A stretch of DNA of 64,000 bases, from assembly GCA_041651395.1 (NCBI GenBank), contig JBAZJI010000001.1:89169-153168 (forward strand). The letters are read 5' to 3'. Source of the DNA: Minisyncoccota bacterium (GTDB lineage: Bacteria; Patescibacteriota; Minisyncoccia; Minisyncoccales; JAGOPM01). This document shows positions 55,125-63,427 of this stretch, piece by piece. Made by a program: the position numbers and the translations under genes. The notes beneath the pieces were generated by a model. That model had not been told where the DNA came from. It made no database searches and was given only the letters and a program-made list of their open reading frames with translations. Every line of letters starts with the position of its first letter. Within the stretch, counting starts at the first letter, position 1.

Positions 55125-56036
55125 ATGATGTTATCCTTAAAAAGAATTATTTCCGCTGGAGTAAAAAACTTTACTCGCCAATTGGGTTTAAGCCTTGCCA
55201 CTACTTTTGTCATGGCAATTACTGTTGCGCTTTTAACAACATTTTTTTATGTTGATGCGATGAGTCGGGAAGTTTTTTCCAATTTGCAAAAACAAATCGG
55301 GATTACGGCTTATTTTAATCAGGCCGCCCCCAGTGAAAATATTTTGGCTCTGAAGGATAAGGTTAAAGAAATGCCCGGAGTGCAGAGTGTCGATTATATC
55401 TCCCGAGAGGAGGCTTATAAGCAATTTAATGAGAAATACTCCGACGATAAGGCCGTCTCCAAGACGATTGAAATTGTGGGGGAAAATCCTTTTCCGGCCT
55501 CTTTTCGGATTAAAGCAGAAAGCCTGAAAGCCTATGAAGAGATTGATTCGTTTTTGAAGGCTGACGAGCTTAAGAGTTTGGTAGAGGAGGTAAGCTATCC
55601 GCGGACCGAGCAGATGATTAAAAAGATTTTTGCCATTGCTTCGGATATAAAAAATGTTGGCGCAGGCTTGGCGATATTTTTAGCTATTATAGTTTTTGTC
55701 ATAGTTTCTAGCACGGTTCATTTGGCGGTGCACAATCTCAAGGAGGAAATAGGGATTATGAAAATGATGGGCGCTTCTAATTGGTTTGTTAAAGGACCTT
55801 ATGTGGTGCAGGGGGTTATTTGCGGTTTGGCTTCGGCGCTTCTTTCGGTGGGTTTTTTTGCCATTGTTTCGTATTTTTTAGCACCTAAAGTTATGGTTTT
55901 GGTTGGGGGGAGCTTTGATCTTTTTGCTTTTTATCAGGCTAATTTTTTCAAGATTTTGTTTTTCGATTTAATTATTGCTGTTTTGATGGGCGGAATTTTC
56001 AATTACACCGCGGTTAGGCAATACTTGAAGGTTTAA
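55125..56036 (+). CDS. ftsX: Cell-division permease-like protein FtsX
   Basis: 303 aa with an N-terminal TM, an extracellular domain and three C-terminal TMs (MKMMGASNWFVKGPY). Confidence 0.88.
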   Translation: MMLSLKRIISAGVKNFTRQLGLSLATTFVMAITVALLTTFFYVDAMSREVFSNLQKQIGITAYFNQAAPSENILALKDKVKEMPGVQSVDYISREEAYKQFNEKYSDDKAVSKTIEIVGENPFPASFRIKAESLKAYEEIDSFLKADELKSLVEEVSYPRTEQMIKKIFAIASDIKNVGAGLAIFLAIIVFVIVSSTVHLAVHNLKEEIGIMKMMGASNWFVKGPYVVQGVICGLASALLSVGFFAIVSYFLAPKVMVLVGGSFDLFAFYQANFFKILFFDLIIAVLMGGIFNYTAVRQYLKV

Positions 56037-56056
56037 GCATTTTATGCCATAGTACT

Positions 56057-56077
56057 AGCGCAGGAAACTGCGCTTTT
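56057..56077 (+). terminator. Rho-independent terminator
   Basis: AGCGCAG (56057-56063) / CTGCGCT (56068-56074), loop GAAA, then TTTT. Confidence 0.8.
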
Positions 56078-56087
56078 GTATTAAAAT

Positions 56088-56158
56088 TGCGGGATCGTCT
56101 AATGGTAGGACGACGGACTCTGAATCCGTTAATCTTGGTTCGAATCCAAGTCCCGCAA
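56088..56158 (+). tRNA. tRNA-Gln (anticodon CUG)
   Basis: Manual cloverleaf. Acceptor TGCGGGA/TCCCGCA. Anticodon arm ACGGA-CTCTGAA-TCCGT. T arm CTTGG-TTCGAAT-CCAAG. Confidence 0.88.
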
Positions 56159-56161
56159 CAT

Positions 56162-56197
56162 AAGCAAAAGGCGCCACAACGTGGCGCTTTTTGCTTA
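56162..56197. terminator. Long perfect hairpin terminator
   Basis: AAGCAAAAGGCGCCAC / GTGGCGCTTTTTGCTT, a stem of about 16 bp with loop AAC. Confidence 0.8.
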
Positions 56198-56365
56198 TTT
56201 CTGACGCTAGACTTTTGATTCGAACAAGAATCCTTTGCTTTGGTAAAGGCAGAAGGGGTCGGGGAGATTTTAAGGAAATTTCCCCTAGTAACGGCCTAAA
56301 AATCATTAATCCCGAAAAAGCGGTTGAAAAAGCTTCCAAAATGGCGCAAGAGCAATAGCTAAAGT

Positions 56366-56398
56366 AATTAAAAACAACCCGTGTATGCGGGTTGTTTT
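56366..56398 (-). terminator. Terminator of the M23 peptidase gene (hairpin is bidirectional in form)
   Basis: AAAACAACCCG (56371-56381) / CGGGTTGTTTT (56388-56398). Confidence 0.75.
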
Positions 56399-57390
56399 TA
56401 ATTACTTTCTTTTATACTCGCGGCAAAACCTCTATTAAAATAATTGGCCTTAAATCGCTTTTCTGCCATTTCAATACTTTTTTCCCGGGTAGGGTCGAGG
56501 GCGAATTGTTTTTTGAAAAATTCAGCCATAACAGCTTTGGCGTTAAGCTCAGCTTTTTGCTTTAAATAGGAGTTAGGCAGGTTATTCTGCTTCGTAAAAT
56601 AGGCTCGGAAATTATAAAAATTACGGCTATTCTGTTGTGCCAGCCAAGCAACAAAGGGAAAGGGCAATTTTTCATAAAGGGAAAGGGCGAATAATTTATA
56701 AATGTTGAGTGGATATTTTTTTGCGGAAATCAGAGAAATATATTTTTGTGCCTGCTCGGTTGTAACCCTCATCGTTTTAGCAATAACTTCAATCGGATTG
56801 CTCTCCTCTTTGCGGTAAATGGTTTTGTAGTATTCGAATACGCAATCACCTAATTGCAGGGGAAAACCGTTTTTAAGTATCTCTAAATGGAGGTGAACGC
56901 CTTGGGAGTTTCCGGTAGAGCCAACTTTCATCAAAGGCTTATGGGCGTCGGTAATTTCCCCGGCTCTAACATAAATTTTATCGGCGTGGCCGAAAACGAA
57001 TGTCAGTTTTTCTTGTAAGTCGGTGGCGATGATATAATTGCCGTAGACCGGGTCAAAAGACACTTCGCGGATTTTTAAGGGAATCAAAATCCAAATATCA
57101 AATGGCCGGCCGGGCGGGTAACAATTAAAATCGTAGCCATCGTGTATAGTGCCATCAGCGCTGATACCTTGATTATTTGTGAAGTGGCATTTATCCGGGC
57201 TGAATTGCAAAAAAGATTCGGAAAATTGTTCCAAAATTAATTTTTCTTCTATAGTCAGTAAATTAGGTGGCGTGCTTGTTGGGCAATTTGCGGGAGCCAA
57301 ATGGTTTTGGGCAGGTGAAGCTGCCAAAGCCGAAGAAGCATTAAGCAAAACCGCCAAACAAAAAACGATAACCGAAAAAAACCTTTTCAT
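56398..57390 (-). CDS. Secreted M23 (LytM-type) peptidoglycan metalloendopeptidase with an extra C-terminal domain
   Basis: Signal peptide (VFCLAVLLNASSALA), M23 core GHADKIYVRAGE...VGSTGNSQGVHLHLEI, and a C-terminal ~150 aa with no recognisable motif. Confidence 0.8.
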   Translation of the reverse strand: MKRFFSVIVFCLAVLLNASSALAASPAQNHLAPANCPTSTPPNLLTIEEKLILEQFSESFLQFSPDKCHFTNNQGISADGTIHDGYDFNCYPPGRPFDIWILIPLKIREVSFDPVYGNYIIATDLQEKLTFVFGHADKIYVRAGEITDAHKPLMKVGSTGNSQGVHLHLEILKNGFPLQLGDCVFEYYKTIYRKEESNPIEVIAKTMRVTTEQAQKYISLISAKKYPLNIYKLFALSLYEKLPFPFVAWLAQQNSRNFYNFRAYFTKQNNLPNSYLKQKAELNAKAVMAEFFKKQFALDPTREKSIEMAEKRFKANYFNRGFAASIKESN

Positions 57391-57482
57391 GTAAAGAGAT
57401 TATAAAACTTAGTTGTGGAAAAGACAAGGTTGATTTTCTGTCGGCACAAGATTAAAGTAATTTAGAAATTAATTATATTATT

Positions 57483-57965
57483 ATGTTAGAGAATCTCCAA
57501 TCTTCAGAAAAACCCGCTAAAAAAAGTAATTTTATCGGTTTGGCAATATTTATTATTGTCGTGGTTATTTTGGCTTTGGCTTGGTATTTTTGGATGGTAA
57601 AAGCCCAAAAGCCGGTAGCCTTAAATGGTAATAATAATCCCGCAGCTTCACAGGAACAGGCTAAGCAGGAAGTGCAATCGTTACTGGCTGCGGCGGGCAA
57701 GCTGATGGTTTTGCCGCAAGAAGATCCTTTAGTTGCTACGATCGAAGATCCCTCCGCTTTGCAGAAAGAGCAGCCTTTCTATGCCGGCACCCAGAAGGGC
57801 GACAAGCTTTTGATATTTTTTCAGGCTCGCAAGGCGGTTATCTATAACCCAACCAAAAATGTTATTGTTAATGCTGGCCCGATATTAATGCAGCAGGATC
57901 AAGCCGCCCAACCGGCTCCGGAAGCGCCGGTTCAACCCACAACTACGCCCAGTAAGAAAAAATAA
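57483..57965 (+). CDS. Membrane-anchored hypothetical protein (paralog of part of the next gene)
   Basis: One TM (FIGLAIFIIVVVILALAWYFW). The domain EDPLVATIEDPSALQKEQPFYAGTQKGDKLLIFFQARKAVIYNPTKNVIVNAGPI aligns with 58073-59068. Confidence 0.5.
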   Translation: MLENLQSSEKPAKKSNFIGLAIFIIVVVILALAWYFWMVKAQKPVALNGNNNPAASQEQAKQEVQSLLAAAGKLMVLPQEDPLVATIEDPSALQKEQPFYAGTQKGDKLLIFFQARKAVIYNPTKNVIVNAGPILMQQDQAAQPAPEAPVQPTTTPSKKK

Positions 57966-57983
57966 TTTTTCGCAATAAAATTT

Positions 57984-58009
57984 CCGCCGGCATTGCCGGC
58001 GGTTTTTTT
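57984..58009 (+). terminator. Rho-independent terminator
   Basis: CCGCCGGC (57984-57991) / GCCGGCGG (57995-58002), then T7. Confidence 0.85.
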
Positions 58010-58072
58010 CTGTGAAAAGCTAGTTTGCGCTGTTAGGGCAATTATTGTAAAATGATTTAATAATATAAAAAT

Positions 58073-59068
58073 ATGGCGAGGAAAATTAACAAAATTGACC
58101 AGCCCGTGGCCCCGGAAGCCGTATTAGGACCAGAAGCCACTAAGCCGCTTGAGCCGACAGTCCAACCGCAAGCCGTTTCTGATCCGCAGGAAGTTATTAA
58201 GCCGATTTTGGCTGAACCGGAAATTCAGGCTCCGGTCGAAAAGCCGGTAGTTAAGCTTGCCTCAGCGGCCAGAGTTAAAACAATTTCTAAAACCGATAAT
58301 ATTATTGTTGCTGGGCAGAAGGCCGCCAAAAAAGTTGACCTCAAGCCTCTAGCTAAACCCGTGGAGAAAAAATCCGTAACTCCGGATATCATGAGGCACG
58401 TGGCCCTGTTTGCTACTATTTTATTCATTGTTGTTGTTTTGGCTGCTCTTATCCAATTTTTGGCGAGCTTCAAGGGGGAAATCAAAAATCAAGGGCAGTT
58501 AAACGAACAGGAAGTTTCTTTAATGCTTTCAAGAATTGCCAAACACATCAAGTTGCCCAGCGATGAACGGCCAACTATTTCTACTATTCAAGATGTACAA
58601 ATACTCCAGAGCCAGCAGCCTTTTTTTAAGGATGCGCGCAATGGCGATAGGCTAATTATTTATAGCAATAAGGCGATTATTTATAATGAGAAAGAGGATA
58701 TTTTAATTAATGTCGGCCCTATTTATTTAGAGGCTCCGCCAAGCCAGGCACCGGCAGCCACTACCACCCAGGCAACGCCCAGTTCAACCACTCAAGTAGC
58801 TGAGCCGGTTAAAGTGGAAATACGCAACGGGGGAGCGCCCAGGGGTTCAGCGGCAGCTTGGGGCGAGAAAATTAAAGCTTTGGGCGGGTTTGAGGTGCTG
58901 GGAACTAAAAACGCCTCCCAGAAATATCCAGAAGGCATGATTATTGACCTCAAAGGAAAAGATATTGCCAAACTTCAAGAAATTTTTACCAAAGATCCGG
59001 TAAAAGAAATGCCAAGCGGCGAAGCGCCCAGCGAGGCTGATGTCTTAGTAATTTTGGGGGCCAAGTAA
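58073..59068 (+). CDS. Membrane-anchored protein with the shared domain plus a LytR_C-like C-terminal domain
   Basis: One TM. PTISTIQDVQILQSQQPFFKDARNGDRLIIYSNKAIIYNEKEDILINVGPI is paralogous to the previous gene. C-terminal VKVEIRNGGAPRGSAAAWGEKIKALGGFEV resembles the LytR/CpsA/Psr C-terminal domain. Confidence 0.55.
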   Translation: MARKINKIDQPVAPEAVLGPEATKPLEPTVQPQAVSDPQEVIKPILAEPEIQAPVEKPVVKLASAARVKTISKTDNIIVAGQKAAKKVDLKPLAKPVEKKSVTPDIMRHVALFATILFIVVVLAALIQFLASFKGEIKNQGQLNEQEVSLMLSRIAKHIKLPSDERPTISTIQDVQILQSQQPFFKDARNGDRLIIYSNKAIIYNEKEDILINVGPIYLEAPPSQAPAATTTQATPSSTTQVAEPVKVEIRNGGAPRGSAAAWGEKIKALGGFEVLGTKNASQKYPEGMIIDLKGKDIAKLQEIFTKDPVKEMPSGEAPSEADVLVILGAK

Positions 59069-59080
59069 GTAAAATGATTT

Positions 59081-59108
59081 GAGCCACGCATATTGCGTGG
59101 CTCTTTTG
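59081..59108 (+). terminator. Rho-independent terminator
   Basis: GAGCCACGC (59081-59089) / GCGTGGCTC (59095-59103), then TTTT. Confidence 0.85.
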
Positions 59109-59110
59109 AT

Positions 59111-59401
59111 TCAAAAAAACATTTTGAATATTGTTAGGATGAACACTCCGGTGGCGATAAGGCCAATACCCCAATTTTGCCGTTGGCGATATTTTTTTTC
59201 ATCGAAGTAGGACAGGAGGGGGAGCGACAAATTCGGAATTTGTCCCGAGATTTGCGCTTGATGATTGAGTTTTTTCCGTTTCTCCTGCAGTTCCATTTCT
59301 TCCTGTTCCCGGTCGCTGATTTTTCCCGAGGCTAGGATGAAAATGATTGTTCCGCCCGCTATACATATCAGGCATAGCACTGTCATGGATATGTCTAACA
59401 C
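59111..59401 (-). CDS. Small 2-TM membrane protein
   Basis: GTG start preceded by AAGGAGG with a 5-nt spacer, a rare strong SD in this window. TM segments lie at both ends, with a charged middle (DREQEEMELQEKRKK). Confidence 0.55.
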   Translation of the reverse strand: MLDISMTVLCLICIAGGTIIFILASGKISDREQEEMELQEKRKKLNHQAQISGQIPNLSLPLLSYFDEKKYRQRQNWGIGLIATGVFILTIFKMFF

Positions 59402-59662
59402 ATTTTCCTCCTTGGTTTACAAGTTTGCCGCAATACTGACAAAAACTAGCTAGTCCGAATAATGCGACGAACACAAACAAAAATAAGACCAATAGCAGAC
59501 AAGAAAACATAATCACATCGATCATTGTTGCCCCCTTTCGGGTTAAAAATTCGGTAAGATGAATTTTTCTTGACCTAATGTATTATATCATTTATTTGCC
59601 AAAAAGTCAATATAGGCCGAAAAAACGGCAATGGTATAATAAACCAACCATTAATAACTCAT

Positions 59663-60229
59663 ATGGATAAAAGACCTCTTATTTTATTGGGAGCTTTAGC
59701 CATCTTGTCCCTGTTGGGATTTCTCTTTAATCAAAAGCAGAATGTGGTAGTGCAAAAACCACCCGTGCAAGATAATTCTCCGGCCGTCAATATTACAATC
59801 CAGAAAGGGGACTTTTCGATAACTTTTCCTTTTTACTGGCAAGAAGCCGGCAGTATGCCCGGAGCCAGCTATACAGCCTTTAATACCCGGCATAAAGCCG
59901 CGAAGGATTCGACCTTGGGGCCAACCTATGCCACTATCAGTTACGACCAAAAAGGCGATTGGGAATTTTCCTCATATAAATCGGTAGTTAAGGGGAAATT
60001 AGCCGCCTCCTTCGAGGGCTTGAAATTTATCCAAGAGAGTAAGGAAAAATCTAATGGAGGGGATATTTATTTTATCGAAGCTCAAGCCGGTAAGCAGCGG
60101 CTTTTAATTATGCTTTCGGGATTTACTCAAGGTGCGGTATGGGAAGTGGTTTTTGTTACCACTCAAGATTATTGGGACCAGTCACGGGAGGAATTTTATA
60201 CCATTGCCCGAAGCTTTCAGCCTAAATGA
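59663..60229 (+). CDS. Secreted/anchored hypothetical protein
   Basis: N-terminal hydrophobic segment (LILLGALAILSLLGFLF). No recognisable motif. Confidence 0.45.
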   Translation: MDKRPLILLGALAILSLLGFLFNQKQNVVVQKPPVQDNSPAVNITIQKGDFSITFPFYWQEAGSMPGASYTAFNTRHKAAKDSTLGPTYATISYDQKGDWEFSSYKSVVKGKLAASFEGLKFIQESKEKSNGGDIYFIEAQAGKQRLLIMLSGFTQGAVWEVVFVTTQDYWDQSREEFYTIARSFQPK

Positions 60230-60281
60230 TTTTGTCACAAACCCGGCATTGGCGCGTTATCACTAATATAATCAATTTTTT

Positions 60282-62393
60282 ATGAACAAGAAGTTATTCT
60301 TATCGGTTATTTTTGCCTTGGCTATTTTTGGGCTCATTGGAGCCAAGAGTGCTTCAGCACAATCACTTATCGATTCTATTCTTAAGCTGATGCGGATTAA
60401 GCCGGAAGCCAGCAAGCCTTTAGTCTTGCCATCTATCGCCATCCCTTCTGGATTAAAAACGAAAATTTCCATGAAGAAATTTTCTTCTCTGGAGGAGTTT
60501 AGGGAATTTTTGCGGAAAAATGATTCCTCGGCTCGCAATTATTCCGGCGGCCTTCGGGGCGAAATTATGCTGACCGATGCCGTTATGGCTCCCGTGGCAA
60601 CCAATATGATGGCTAAAGCCAGCTCCCCGGAAGTTGCGCCCCAAGATTCGGTAGGGAGGGTTTCTGGGACCAATGTGCAAGTTTTAGGAGTCGATGAGCC
60701 AGATATCATCAAGACAAACGGCGCGGCTATATTTTTTTCCCCAAATTGGACTTGGCGATCAAGGCCAACGCCTTTGCTAAAAGAAGAAGCAACTAGAAGT
60801 AATTCGGCAACATCTAAAGTTTCTTCTTTGATCGCTCCTATGCCTCCGCTTTACAATAATGAACCAAAAATTAATGTTGTCTCAGCTTGGCCATTGGATA
60901 AATTGGCTTATTTGGGAGAGATAGACAAGCGCGGAGAGATGCTTTTGGAAAATAATACTTTAGTGGTTTTTGCCACTGATGGCGTATTTGCTTATGATGT
61001 GAAAGATCTTAAATCTCCGCAACGTAAATGGAATATCAAATATAAAGGCAACACCGGCTTGCAGACTGCCCGGCTCCATAATGGAAAAATTTATTTAGTG
61101 ACCCGCTCAGGGATAAATCGTTATTCACCTTGTCCGATAATTCCTTTGGAGGTTAATGCCAAAAAAATGTCTGTGGCCTGCAATGACATTTGGTATCCGG
61201 CTCGAGCTATGCAGGCGGATACGACTTTCTCGGTTTGGACTATCAATATGCAGAGCGGGGAAGTTTCTAATAAAGTTTCTTTTGTCGCCTCAGCCGGGGA
61301 AAGTGTTGTTTATATGTCAGAGGAGAATTTATACATCGGCTATTCTTTCAACGGGGATGGCGCTAAAATTTTTACGGACTTTTTCAAGACAAAGGCTAGC
61401 GACCTAATACCCGGCGAGATAATTTCAAAGATAGAAAAAGTTGGCAACCTTGATATTTCCAAGCGCGCCAAGGATACGGAAATCCAGTATATCTGGGAAA
61501 ATTATTTTGAGTCTTTTGAGGATTATGACCAAAGGTTGAAATTAGCCAATGACCTCAACAACCGTTTTGCCGATTATTACAAGAATAATTTTCGGACTTT
61601 TGAGAGTACGGGAATAGTCAAAATTTCTTTAGGGGATATGGCCATTCGCGCCCAAGGTGAAGTGGCGGGCCGGCCCTTGAACCAATTTTGTATGGATGAA
61701 TATAAGGGGAATTTGCGTATCGCCACGACCGCGGGCAATCGCGGGTTAAGCCTCTGGCTGTCGGGTATTAATTTCTCTAATTCCCAGAGCGCCAATGATG
61801 TTTATGTTTTGGATGGGGCGCTTAAGAATATCGGTTCGGTGAAAGATCTGGGCTTGGGGGAGAGGATTTATAGCGCCCGTTTTATTGCCGAACGTGGATA
61901 TATCGTTACCTTTAAGCAAACTGATCCCTTTTATGTTTTAGATCTTTCCAATCCGGCCAGCCCTAAGCTCAGGGGTGAGCTCAAAATACCCGGTTATTCC
62001 GGATATCTGCATCCTCTGGCTAATAATATTATTTTGGGCGTAGGGCAAGAGGATTGGAAATTAAAATTATCGTTATTTGATGTTTCCAATCCGGCCAATC
62101 CCCAGGAGTTGGATAAGTATTTGATGCAGGAGAGCTACTCAGAGGCGATAAATAACCACAAAGCATTTTTACAGGATGCTAAGCATAAAGTTTTCTTTTT
62201 GCCCGGAGGCAGCGGTGGTTATGTGTTCGGGTACGAGGGTAATAAGTTAAAACTTGTTAAAGCAGTTTCCGAAATCAATGCCCGCCGCGCCGTATTTATC
62301 AATGATTATATGTATATCATTCATGATAATGGGCTAGTGGTGCTTGATGAGACAAAGTGGGAAAAAGCTACCGAGTTGGATTTCAATAAATAA
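60282..62393 (+). CDS. Secreted beta-propeller-domain protein
   Basis: Signal peptide, and a C-terminal block YSARFIAERGYIVTFKQTDPFYVLDLSNPASPKLRGELKIPGYSGYLHP typical of the bacterial/archaeal beta-propeller-domain family. Confidence 0.75.
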   Translation: MNKKLFLSVIFALAIFGLIGAKSASAQSLIDSILKLMRIKPEASKPLVLPSIAIPSGLKTKISMKKFSSLEEFREFLRKNDSSARNYSGGLRGEIMLTDAVMAPVATNMMAKASSPEVAPQDSVGRVSGTNVQVLGVDEPDIIKTNGAAIFFSPNWTWRSRPTPLLKEEATRSNSATSKVSSLIAPMPPLYNNEPKINVVSAWPLDKLAYLGEIDKRGEMLLENNTLVVFATDGVFAYDVKDLKSPQRKWNIKYKGNTGLQTARLHNGKIYLVTRSGINRYSPCPIIPLEVNAKKMSVACNDIWYPARAMQADTTFSVWTINMQSGEVSNKVSFVASAGESVVYMSEENLYIGYSFNGDGAKIFTDFFKTKASDLIPGEIISKIEKVGNLDISKRAKDTEIQYIWENYFESFEDYDQRLKLANDLNNRFADYYKNNFRTFESTGIVKISLGDMAIRAQGEVAGRPLNQFCMDEYKGNLRIATTAGNRGLSLWLSGINFSNSQSANDVYVLDGALKNIGSVKDLGLGERIYSARFIAERGYIVTFKQTDPFYVLDLSNPASPKLRGELKIPGYSGYLHPLANNIILGVGQEDWKLKLSLFDVSNPANPQELDKYLMQESYSEAINNHKAFLQDAKHKVFFLPGGSGGYVFGYEGNKLKLVKAVSEINARRAVFINDYMYIIHDNGLVVLDETKWEKATELDFNK

Positions 62394-62402
62394 AGTGGAA
62401 AA

Positions 62403-62426
62403 TGCAGGTGAGAGCCTGCATTTTTG
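62403..62426 (+). terminator. Rho-independent terminator
   Basis: TGCAGG (62403-62408) / CCTGCA (62415-62420), then TTTTT. Confidence 0.8.
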
Positions 62427-62442
62427 TTTGCTATAATTAATT

Positions 62443-62889
62443 ATGGTTTGGCAGAAAAACAATATTCTTTTAACCATTCTTTTGACCTTGGCCGCCCTGG
62501 GCGCGGGTATGTTCTGGGGTGGGCATGATTTGGGCAATGAGGCGGGGTTGCCCAAGGCCTCATTAACCGATTCACTAGCTTCACAGGGCACTCAAGATGG
62601 GTGTGTAACCATTGAGGATGCGCAAAATTTTGCAGGCGATGAGATTTGTGTGCGCGGTGCTTTACTGAAAGTTTTTGTTTCTAAGAGCAAAACGGTGTTT
62701 TTGGATTTCTGCGAAAATTATAATCAGTGTCCGTTTACGGCTGTTATTTTCAAATCGGCGGCGGCTAAGTTTGATAACCTGAAGGAATATGAAGGTAAAA
62801 TTGTTGAAATTAGAGGAATGGTTAAAACCTATAAGGGCAAGCCGGAAATTATTTTGGATAAGCCCGAGCAAATCAAAATAGTGCAATAA
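62443..62889 (+). CDS. Membrane-anchored OB-fold-like protein
   Basis: One TM, then ICVRGALLKVFVSKSKTVFLDF...EGKIVEIRGMVKTYKGKPEIIL, a pattern resembling OB-fold nucleic-acid-binding modules. Translationally coupled to the nuclease (stop 62889, next ATG 62891). Confidence 0.45.
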   Translation: MVWQKNNILLTILLTLAALGAGMFWGGHDLGNEAGLPKASLTDSLASQGTQDGCVTIEDAQNFAGDEICVRGALLKVFVSKSKTVFLDFCENYNQCPFTAVIFKSAAAKFDNLKEYEGKIVEIRGMVKTYKGKPEIILDKPEQIKIVQ

Positions 62890-62890
62890 G

Positions 62891-63406
62891 ATGCTGGCCT
62901 TTAACTTTCAAAATAAAAAGCAAGCGGCTGTCTGGATAATCGTTACCCTGGCGGTTTTATTGGGCGCGGGCACTTGGGCCTCCAGTTGGAAGGTGAAGTA
63001 TGTGGTAGATGGCGATACTATAGTTGTCCAAAAGGGCCGGCAAGAAAGCACTATCAGGCTTTTGGGCATTAACGCGCCGGAAATTGCCCATGAAAAATAC
63101 GGCAAAACCAAAGGCGATTGCTACGGCAAAGAGGCGACCAATTTTCTCCAAGAGGAGATTGGCGAGCGAAATGTTATTTTATTAGAAGATCCCAATGCCG
63201 GTGATAAAGATAAATACGGCAGGAGTTTGCGCTACGTATTGGCTAATGGGAAAATAATTAATGCCGAGATGGTGCGTAATGGTTATGCTTTTGTCTATCA
63301 ATATTCTGATTTCCTTTTTGCTAAATGGTTTTATTCTATGGAAAAACAGGCCAAAAATGAACGTTTGGGCCTTTGGGGAAAAACCTGCCAATATTATTTC
63401 AAATAA
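62891..63406 (+). CDS. Membrane-anchored thermonuclease (staphylococcal nuclease fold)
   Basis: VVDGDTIVV, IRLLGINAPE, DKYGRSLRYV and NAEMVRNGYAF motifs. N-terminal TM. Confidence 0.88.
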   Translation: MLAFNFQNKKQAAVWIIVTLAVLLGAGTWASSWKVKYVVDGDTIVVQKGRQESTIRLLGINAPEIAHEKYGKTKGDCYGKEATNFLQEEIGERNVILLEDPNAGDKDKYGRSLRYVLANGKIINAEMVRNGYAFVYQYSDFLFAKWFYSMEKQAKNERLGLWGKTCQYYFK

Positions 63407-63427
63407 TGTGCTAAAATAGTATTTGTA

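Noticed and set aside
56196-56370. A third tRNA-linked element downstream of tRNA-Gln
   Set aside because: Only a weak, gapped resemblance exists between gattcgaacaagaatcc (56217-56233) and the tRNA T-arm region. There is no repeat of the acceptor 3' strand and no similarity to the two GC-rich inserts. The region does contain small hairpins (for example GGGGAGATTT/AAATTTCCCC), but I cannot support a call.
59199-59525. 108-aa ORF as a full-length gene
   Set aside because: Its last ~70 aa overlap 59111-59401 out of frame and are low-complexity. Only the N-terminal TM and CxxC part may be real (see the finding on this region).
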